Source: Nitrosopumilus sp. (GTDB lineage Archaea; Thermoproteota; Nitrososphaeria; Nitrososphaerales; Nitrosopumilaceae). Taken from it: DNA of 64,000 nt. A model generated the notes under the pieces. The model was given only the letters and a program-made list of their open reading frames with translations, searched no databases and was not told the origin of the DNA. How positions within the stretch are numbered: the stretch's first letter is position 1; the number at the start of each line of letters is the position of its first letter. The stretch is taken from assembly GCA_965223425.1 (NCBI GenBank), contig OZ245003.1:1760001-1824000 (forward strand), read 5' to 3'. Made by a program: the position numbers and the translations under genes. This document shows positions 56,952 through 64,000 of this stretch, piece after piece.

Positions 56952-57296
56952 ACTTGTCATTACCACTAGTAGTCGGGATGCAGTGGCAATCATAAATTCG
57001 TTAGGATCCGGACAAATTTCTGTCCAGATATGTCATTATGTCAAGCCCATACCTTACGGTCCTAAAGTATCCTGATACCGATTGCACATGTCTTGCTTTG
57101 TAGGATAATATCTGAATACGGGCAGGCCGCATCTACTGCGGTTGCAGACCTACACGTGTTTACGTGGACCATTGTCATATGATGTAAAATGTCTGGCAAA
57201 ACAGAGGCTGCCCGCATCGCATTTGAGAGGTGATTAAAAAATTCAAATCATCAGGACAAGCCAAACTTTCATTAGCAGTGTTATTTTGTAAAAATC

Positions 57297-58121
57297 ATGG
57301 GATTATTTGGTTCCAATAAAGAAAAACCAGAAGATTTACTATACAATGCAATGGCCATGGTGCAGAAAAATCAGCCAAAAAAAGCAGTCTCATTATTTGA
57401 TAAAGTTCTAAAACAAGACTCTGAAAATACTTCGGCGCTATTTAACAAAGGCCTGGCCTTAAATCAGATGAAAAAATACAGCGATGCAGTCACATGTTTT
57501 GATAAATTATTACAAATCAACCCAAAAGATGCTCAGGCATTTAACAACAAGGGAATTGCATTAGCAGAATTGGGTAACATTCAGGATGCCGCAGAATGCT
57601 ATGATAAAGCAATAGAATCAGATTCAAAATATGCTGCATCTTATTTTAACAAGGGGGTGTTACTTGACAAATTACAGGAACGTGAAGAAGCTATAGAAAT
57701 CTTAAACAAGGCAATCTCAATTGACCCAAAAAAACCCAATGCGTTGTTCTACAAAGGAATTGTGCTAGGTAAAATGAAAAAACATGAGGAAGCCTTGAAC
57801 TGTTTTCAAACAGTTTGTAAAAAATATCCAAAACACCAAGACGCATTTTTTCAAAAAGGGGTTCAGTTGGCAGAATTAGAACAGCACGAAAAAGCAATCA
57901 AGATATTTGATGAGATTCTATCAAAACTCAGAGATAATGCAAATGTCATTTATGCAAAATCACGAAGCAGGGCAGCGCTGGGGCAGTATCCAGAAGCGCT
58001 GGATTTACTAAAACAGGCAGTTTCAAAAAACCCCAAAGTTATTCGTTCATGGGCAAAAGAAGAAAAAGCATTTACTCATTTGCACAATGATGCCAAGTTT
58101 AGAGCACTAGTAAAATTATAG
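57297..58121 (+). CDS. Tetratricopeptide repeat protein
   Basis: Multiple A-F/Y-N-K-G TPR units. Confidence 0.92.
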   Translation: MGLFGSNKEKPEDLLYNAMAMVQKNQPKKAVSLFDKVLKQDSENTSALFNKGLALNQMKKYSDAVTCFDKLLQINPKDAQAFNNKGIALAELGNIQDAAECYDKAIESDSKYAASYFNKGVLLDKLQEREEAIEILNKAISIDPKKPNALFYKGIVLGKMKKHEEALNCFQTVCKKYPKHQDAFFQKGVQLAELEQHEKAIKIFDEILSKLRDNANVIYAKSRSRAALGQYPEALDLLKQAVSKNPKVIRSWAKEEKAFTHLHNDAKFRALVKL

Positions 58122-58823
58122 GATTTTTTTTCTTACAGCGTCTATTCTGATAATGCCGACTTTCTTTTTTGGACCAATCAGCCTTGCCTCAAAAATAGGC
58201 ACGTAAACTTTGGAAACCTCCCGTAAAACAAACTCATCGGACAAATTTCGAACATCAGCGTCTAAGGGTTTTTTTAATCTTGTTTGAAGTTTGTCAAGTA
58301 CCGCATCATAAGTTAATTCAGGTTCTTTAACATTTCGGGAATTTTTTTCAAGAATTCGTTTTGGATAATTCTCAATAGTTTTAGAGTTGATTTTAAACGG
58401 AAATTTAATCTCACGCCCATGATGATCAAAAGTTAATTCGTCTTCTTCTTCAACAAAAACATGCTCTTCTAACTTCAAATCAATCTTGTTTTTTCCACGT
58501 TTTCCAGAAAATGTTTTAGCAAACCCAGATTTTGAGCGCACAGGAAAAAGACCATCGCCTAACACTACATCGCGAATGTTATAATCAACAGATATGCTAT
58601 GGGTTGCTTTTCTGTAATAATCAGCCACATATTTTCCTGAAACCATCAAAATACACTCATGATATAATTCCAAAGAATGAACATGAACTTGTTCTTTTTT
58701 TGGTTTTGAAAGTAGAGATTTGAAAGGTTTTGTTTTCTTTTGTTCAATAATCTCCATAGCTTCTGTTTCATCAATATTTTTCCGAAGAACGACGGTTTTC
58801 ACATCATAAGCGTTATCTGCCAA
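58116..58823 (-). CDS. Conserved thaumarchaeal hypothetical protein
   Basis: 235-aa ORF ending VYVPIFE...IRIDAVRKKIL. Confidence 0.7.
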   Translation of the reverse strand: MADNAYDVKTVVLRKNIDETEAMEIIEQKKTKPFKSLLSKPKKEQVHVHSLELYHECILMVSGKYVADYYRKATHSISVDYNIRDVVLGDGLFPVRSKSGFAKTFSGKRGKNKIDLKLEEHVFVEEEDELTFDHHGREIKFPFKINSKTIENYPKRILEKNSRNVKEPELTYDAVLDKLQTRLKKPLDADVRNLSDEFVLREVSKVYVPIFEARLIGPKKKVGIIRIDAVRKKIL

Positions 58824-58904
58824 AACTAAACAAAATACACATTTCTATCTATTAAATCAATTCCGTTAAGAAAGAGATAATAGATTTGAAGGAATACTAA
58901 AAAC

Positions 58905-59270
58905 ATGGGAACAGCAAAAAAAGGCGGCTATATTGAGAAATTTCTAAAAAAAGCAGACAAGGCACTGCAAGAGGGGGTCAAAAAAGCAGACGAAGCATTA
59001 GATGACGCAGTAGAGCTTGGAATAATGACTGCAAAACAAGCCACAAAGACAAGTAAGGAGCTGCGCAATCAAGCAAAAAAAGAAAGGGATGCATTACAAA
59101 AAAAAGGAATTAAAAAGATCAATGAAGGCATATCGGCTGCAAAAAATGTGACTTCCAACACACAAAATGATTTGGAGGTACTGAAAAAACTTGGAAAATT
59201 AAGAAAGTCTCAAGTAATTACAGAAAAAGAATTCCAAGCAAAGAAAAAGAAAATTTTGGATAGAATTTAA
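58905..59270 (+). CDS. Coiled-coil protein with C-terminal SHOCT-like motif
   Basis: LKKLGKLRKSQVITEKEFQAKKKKIL. Confidence 0.75.
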   Translation: MGTAKKGGYIEKFLKKADKALQEGVKKADEALDDAVELGIMTAKQATKTSKELRNQAKKERDALQKKGIKKINEGISAAKNVTSNTQNDLEVLKKLGKLRKSQVITEKEFQAKKKKILDRI

Positions 59271-59271
59271 C

Positions 59272-59727
59272 ATGAAAAAATCAAGTATTTATGGAAAAGG
59301 AGACAAAAGAAAAGTAAATCCAAACTGGTTTACAAACAAAACATGGATGAAGATTTTATCAGAGAAAATAAAATCAAAAGAACAAGACATCTATCATGTA
59401 CATTTTGAGAAAGGAGCGAAAACAAAACTTCACGCACATAATGGAAATCAAGTGCTGATTGCAACAAAAGGAAAAGGCAGTCTTGAAATTTTTAGAAAGT
59501 ATGGAACAAGCAAAACTAGCTTTAGAATTAAAAGGACGCAGAAGATCTCCCTTGATGAGGGAGACATTGCGCATATTCCAGCAAAAACACTTCATACCCA
59601 CGGCTCAACTGATAAGAAAAGGACATTTTCCCATATTGCAATAAACGTCTTGCCTAAAAAAAATTCAGCATACAAAACAGCATGGTACGAGTCAGATTTT
59701 AAGACCAGAGTTTCAGAAATTATTTAG
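59272..59727 (+). CDS. Cupin domain protein
   Basis: HAHNGNQVL...GKG; IPAKTLHTHG. Confidence 0.85.
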   Translation: MKKSSIYGKGDKRKVNPNWFTNKTWMKILSEKIKSKEQDIYHVHFEKGAKTKLHAHNGNQVLIATKGKGSLEIFRKYGTSKTSFRIKRTQKISLDEGDIAHIPAKTLHTHGSTDKKRTFSHIAINVLPKKNSAYKTAWYESDFKTRVSEII

Positions 59728-59732
59728 ACAGC

Positions 59733-60095
59733 ATGTCAGTAAGAAAGAATTTTGAGATTGGCTTTATACAAGGTAGCGAAGGAAGTAAAATTAAACAGTA
59801 TTTTCACCCACACAACACGCTAAACGGAATCAGCTACAGCATAGCGCAATTTACGCTAGAACCGCAAAAAAAATCCAAACTCCACAAAATTAGCTCATCA
59901 GAGATTTACTATATTTTAGAAGGGAGAGGAGATCTGCAGATTGATGGGGAAACACATCATCTTGAAAAAGATGATTCAGCGTATGTTCCACCAAATTCTA
60001 AACAATTTATTAAAAATACAGGCGCAGTTGACTTGAGATTTTTATGTATAGTAGAACCTGCATGGAAGGCAGATGGTGAGATTTTGTTAGAATAA
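59733..60095 (+). CDS. Cupin domain protein
   Basis: LHK....EIYYILEGRG; YVPPNSKQ.I.N. Confidence 0.85.
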   Translation: MSVRKNFEIGFIQGSEGSKIKQYFHPHNTLNGISYSIAQFTLEPQKKSKLHKISSSEIYYILEGRGDLQIDGETHHLEKDDSAYVPPNSKQFIKNTGAVDLRFLCIVEPAWKADGEILLE

Positions 60096-60111
60096 AGTCA
60101 AGACAATGTAA

Positions 60112-60831
60112 GTGTTTTTAACATATTACAAGTCTCTATTTTTAGTGAATACATACCAGGCACTCAAAGTATTGAATGTGGAACAAAATTCATCTCAAGA
60201 CGAGATCAAGACAGCTTATAGAAAACTAGCATTGGAACTGCATCCGGACAAAAATAAATACAATCGGGAAGATGCAGAATTCAAAAAAATCACAGAGGCA
60301 TACAATCATCTTAAGAAAAACCACAATGAAAAGAAAATCCCTCCTCAGGGACATTCTGAAAATAAACCAAAAACAAACTTTAAGAAAAAGTCTCAGTGGG
60401 GGGCAGCGCCAAAAGAAGAAGGGGAAAAAGAAGAAACTCCCGAGCAAGACTGGGGCAAATACACCAAAGAGTTTGAAGAAGGGGATCCCGACTTTTGGAA
60501 AGAATACAAACGAAAGTTTTGGGAGGAATACAATGCGCGCATACGACCAGATGGTAAAAATGGGGAATATGACAAAGCAAAGGAACCCAACAAACAGCCA
60601 AATCTGTTTGTAAATGTTGATGAGAGCTTGTGTATTGGCTGTTGCAGTTGTGAAATTATAGCGCCAGATGTTTTTCACATAAATAAAGAAAGCAAGTCAA
60701 ATCCAAAATCATCAGTGGTTAATCAAAAGGGTGCAAGAGTGAACAAAATAATGAATGCCGCAAGAACTTGCCCAACAAAGGCAATTAGCGTAGACGATAT
60801 AGACATGAAGGAAAGGCTGTTTCCCTACTGA
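60112..60831 (+). CDS. DnaJ-ferredoxin fusion (DnaJ-Fer)
   Basis: J-domain with HPD; C-terminal CIGCCSC...CP ferredoxin motif. Confidence 0.9.
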   Translation: MFLTYYKSLFLVNTYQALKVLNVEQNSSQDEIKTAYRKLALELHPDKNKYNREDAEFKKITEAYNHLKKNHNEKKIPPQGHSENKPKTNFKKKSQWGAAPKEEGEKEETPEQDWGKYTKEFEEGDPDFWKEYKRKFWEEYNARIRPDGKNGEYDKAKEPNKQPNLFVNVDESLCIGCCSCEIIAPDVFHINKESKSNPKSSVVNQKGARVNKIMNAARTCPTKAISVDDIDMKERLFPY

Positions 60832-61241
60832 GATTGGATTTTTAATTTATTGTAAAGTTCTTCAATTTCAGATTCGGATAATTTCAATGTAGTGTTAAAC
60901 ATGCTGTGAATCGTACCTGCAGAATCATCTGAACTTCTAGGAACAAGATGTACATGAACATGCGGTACTTCTTGACCAGCTCCTTTTCCATCATGCACAG
61001 CAACCAAAGTTGCACCAGTCAGGCCATCTACTTTAGGAATCATCTCATGTACAAGTGAAAACAAGTCGGTATTTTCTTCAGGACTTAATTCTTGAATTTT
61101 TTGATGGTGGTTTTTTGGAATTACAAGAACATGTCCTTTTGCAAGAGGAAATGCATCTAAAAAAGATATTGAGCTTGTTGTCTCCTTGAGAATTTTTGCA
61201 GGAATGTCACCGGCGATGATCTTACAGAAAATACAGTCCAT
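60825..61241 (-). CDS. hit: HIT family hydrolase
   Basis: [27 protein letters not shown]. Confidence 0.95.
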   Translation of the reverse strand: MDCIFCKIIAGDIPAKILKETTSSISFLDAFPLAKGHVLVIPKNHHQKIQELSPEENTDLFSLVHEMIPKVDGLTGATLVAVHDGKGAGQEVPHVHVHLVPRSSDDSAGTIHSMFNTTLKLSESEIEELYNKLKIQSQ

Positions 61242-61389
61242 ACTACTGGTTCATAAAATTTTCAGAATATTAAATCATTGTTTAACTACTCGTTTCCATG
61301 ATTTTAATTTATCAAAATCATATATTTTATGCCCGGATTTACATGCTCTTCAAGGAATCAACTTCTTTAAACTGTTCAACATATTCCAT

Positions 61390-61496
61390 TAGTAGACCTT
61401 ATGCGTAATCGATCAAACTAATATTGCTAGATGATTTTTGCCTTAGTAAACCAATTTGATTTTGAATTTTTAGTCGATTACGCATAAGGTCTACTG
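61390..61496. mobile_element. 107-bp MITE-like element with ISH3-type terminus
   Basis: Perfect 22-bp IR AGTAGACCTTATGCGTAATCGA (61391-61412 and 61474-61495); right end reads CAGTAG like the ISH3 elements; no TSD. Confidence 0.7.
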
Positions 61497-61715
61497 GAAA
61501 CTTGAAAGGGGTTTTTTGAATGATTTCTGAGATTTTGAACGAGTGTAAAGATAGGCGGGTGCTGGGAATTACAAGTCGTCAGTTTAGATGCAAAATAAAG
61601 AAAAGAGTTTTGAAATGGTTTCTTTCTCGAACCATCAGGGTTACACCGTACCTGGATGCCGTTGTCGTGAACCTGCTGTGTACTGACGGCCATTGTCACC
61701 TGCTGTTTCCTGCAT

Positions 61716-64000
61716 TTACTGCCTTTCCACATAGCCCACTGTTATAGTATCAGAGCTTGCCGAATTGCCTTCTGCATCGGTGACGGTGCACTGCAGCTCT
61801 ACATTTCCTACAGTGTCTGCAGAGTATACTATTGTTGCAAAGTTGTCAAAGGCTTCAGCATGTGTGCCGTTTATGTTCCAGGATGTGTCATAATGATGCG
61901 GAATATGCACCGAATCATCATATGACACGTAGCATGTTGCATGCACATACTCGTTCACAAAAGGGCTCGGATTATTGGCCGTCACCATGACAGATTCCAC
62001 ATTGCTGTGATCGGCAGCTATCAGTGCGTTGCCATAAGCCGTACTGGACTCACCGGATGCCCCAGATGATCCGGCCGCTGTGGCAGGTGCGTCTGCCTGG
62101 GATGCAGGGGAACGAGAAGGGGAAGAAAAATACGTCACGCTTTTTGTGGCGTTCCCATCGATGGTTATTTTCAACAGCGCATCATGTACGACCGTATACG
62201 GAACGGATCCCTCAAGTCCGTCTTTTGATATGCCGACTGTATAGTTGTTAAACACAAGCTTGTTGGCATTGTGAAAGGTGGAGTTTGCCATGAATTTTGT
62301 CAGCACCTGCTGCGGCACGTGTCCTGTGGAGTTCGTGATGAGGGATATGTGTGAGGTCGGGTTTTCATGGTCATCAACACCCGGACTGTCGGCAATGGTT
62401 ATGGTGGCATTGGCGACAGGCAGGGAGCTTCCATCTAGCACCTGCAGATCCAGCCTGTTCTGGACGAACACCTTGGCTGTGACATCAGGCCCAAAATAAA
62501 TGCCGTTCTCGTCAAAATCTACGCTGACCATAAAGCTCTCACCCGAAAACAGGTTCGGACTGCTAAAGGGGTATTTTGATATGCGTACGTCCGGCGATAT
62601 GGGGGCATCTATCACATCATCATAAAAGGTGTTGTTGCCATATCCAGAATGCATACTCACGCCACAGTTAGTTGGTGAGGAATTCGAGGGTGTGATGTGG
62701 TTGTGCGCAAAGTAGTTGCTCACCGAATACGCGATGTCACTGTAAGTTATCGAGATTCCGCAGTTGTTCCTATAGCCATCTGTGAAGATGGTGTTGTGTG
62801 TAGCGTTGATTTTGTGTGTGTTAAAAAATTGCAGTCCTGTATTGGTATACAGAAGGCCGTCTGTGCTGATCGTGTTGTTGTGTATTGCAATGTCTGTGCT
62901 GTATCTGACATACATCCCGTCGTTGAATCGCTCACCGTCAGCGACAATGCTGTTGTTTGAGACGGTGACATTTTCAGAGTGGTCTACGCGTATTGCCTTG
63001 CTGTGCTGGACACCGTATGTGGATATGGTGTTTCCGTCTGCGGTGCTATTGTGTGAGTGAAGAAAATAGATCCCCTTGTTGAAGTTGCCCGTTCCGTTGG
63101 GATAAATCAGGTTGTCAGTTATGGTCATGCCATATCCGGTCAGAAACATTCCAGAGTTTGACTGCCTGCCAAAGGTGTAGACGGTGTTGTTTGTTATTGT
63201 AGAATCATCGCCATGAACAGTCATTCCACTGCTGATGCTTTCTGGGTTGTCAACTGAGACCACGTTTCCGTAAATTTTGGCAAAGTCAGTATCCAAATTC
63301 AGGTGTATTCCTGCCCCCAGCCCGAGATTGCGAATGTCGCTGTTTGCGATCCTGGGGCTTTCCGCAATAATTGCGTATACGGCATGGGCATATGACGTTC
63401 CGTTATACTTTACTGCCAGGTTGGCCAGCGTGACGTTGCTTGCACGATACACCTCGACTGTATGACCGGTCAAGTTGGACCAGATCAACGGACGCGGGCT
63501 GGCAGAGGAGACAAGAAACAGCCCGTCCACGTTAATGTCAAGGGATTCATTGTATTCCCGCGAGTCGGCAATCACCACGGCATCGCCTGTGGTTGCAGAA
63601 CCCACCGCTTCACGTATTGACGTGTGGTTGCAGCCTGCAGCGCATACAGTGAATATGGACTCTACGACTGCCACAGTCCGGGTTTTTTGCTCGGCGTGGT
63701 TTTTTGACGAGTCCTGCACGTCATAGGTCAGGACGTATTCCCCGATGGTGTCTGTATCCACAGTGCCCTTGATTGTGATTTTGCCTGAGATGTCTCCGTC
63801 TGTGTTGTCGGTTGCAGTTGCAGTCTCTACAAACTCGCCTTGCTGCTCTACCACGACTAGATCATACCCGTTCAGTGAGATTACAGGCGGTACTGCGTCC
63901 TGCACTGTTCGCACCGTTATTGTCTGCGTCGCACTGGCGCTGTTTCCCGTAAAGTCAGTTGCAGTCCACAGTATGGTGGTGGTGGTGCCCACCGGAAAGG
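61716..64000 (-). CDS. C-terminal part of a large surface protein: HYR-like/Ig-like repeats, parallel beta-helix, Ig/PKD-like end
   Basis: WTATDFTGNSASATQTITV, PPVISLNG...ATATDNTDGD...YDVQDSSKN, many N-T-I beta-helix rungs; ORF continues past the window end. Confidence 0.8.
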   Translation of the reverse strand, partial: FPVGTTTTILWTATDFTGNSASATQTITVRTVQDAVPPVISLNGYDLVVVEQQGEFVETATATDNTDGDISGKITIKGTVDTDTIGEYVLTYDVQDSSKNHAEQKTRTVAVVESIFTVCAAGCNHTSIREAVGSATTGDAVVIADSREYNESLDINVDGLFLVSSASPRPLIWSNLTGHTVEVYRASNVTLANLAVKYNGTSYAHAVYAIIAESPRIANSDIRNLGLGAGIHLNLDTDFAKIYGNVVSVDNPESISSGMTVHGDDSTITNNTVYTFGRQSNSGMFLTGYGMTITDNLIYPNGTGNFNKGIYFLHSHNSTADGNTISTYGVQHSKAIRVDHSENVTVSNNSIVADGERFNDGMYVRYSTDIAIHNNTISTDGLLYTNTGLQFFNTHKINATHNTIFTDGYRNNCGISITYSDIAYSVSNYFAHNHITPSNSSPTNCGVSMHSGYGNNTFYDDVIDAPISPDVRISKYPFSSPNLFSGESFMVSVDFDENGIYFGPDVTAKVFVQNRLDLQVLDGSSLPVANATITIADSPGVDDHENPTSHISLITNSTGHVPQQVLTKFMANSTFHNANKLVFNNYTVGISKDGLEGSVPYTVVHDALLKITIDGNATKSVTYFSSPSRSPASQADAPATAAGSSGASGESSTAYGNALIAADHSNVESVMVTANNPSPFVNEYVHATCYVSYDDSVHIPHHYDTSWNINGTHAEAFDNFATIVYSADTVGNVELQCTVTDAEGNSASSDTITVGYVERQ

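Overview
This window comes from an AT-rich genome of an ammonia-oxidising archaeon (Nitrosopumilaceae, Thaumarchaeota/Nitrososphaerota). The assignment rests on a 16S-23S rRNA operon with no tRNA in the spacer and no 5S beside it, a DnaJ-ferredoxin fusion, class III phaEC, NreA, TFB, CDC48 and a double-cupredoxin protein. The conserved backbone is heavily invaded by insertion sequences: two ISH3-type, three IS630-type, one IS66, one interrupted IS110 plus an IS110 relic, and several MITEs. Some insert cleanly into genes whose reading frames can be rebuilt, a pattern typical of a host-associated lineage (inference). The main observations are: (1) an intact tnpB gene with no tnpA, bounded by 24-bp IS6-like terminal inverted repeats and an 8-bp target duplication; the same termini occur on two identical 86-bp MITEs that bracket a cargo gene; (2) IS630-type elements whose 2-bp duplications are TG and CG rather than TA, supported by reading-frame restoration; (3) an IS110 recombinase with long non-coding ends that may encode a bridge/seek RNA; (4) unannotated two-gene toxin/defence-like modules. 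All calls come from reading the sequence by eye; no database searches were run.
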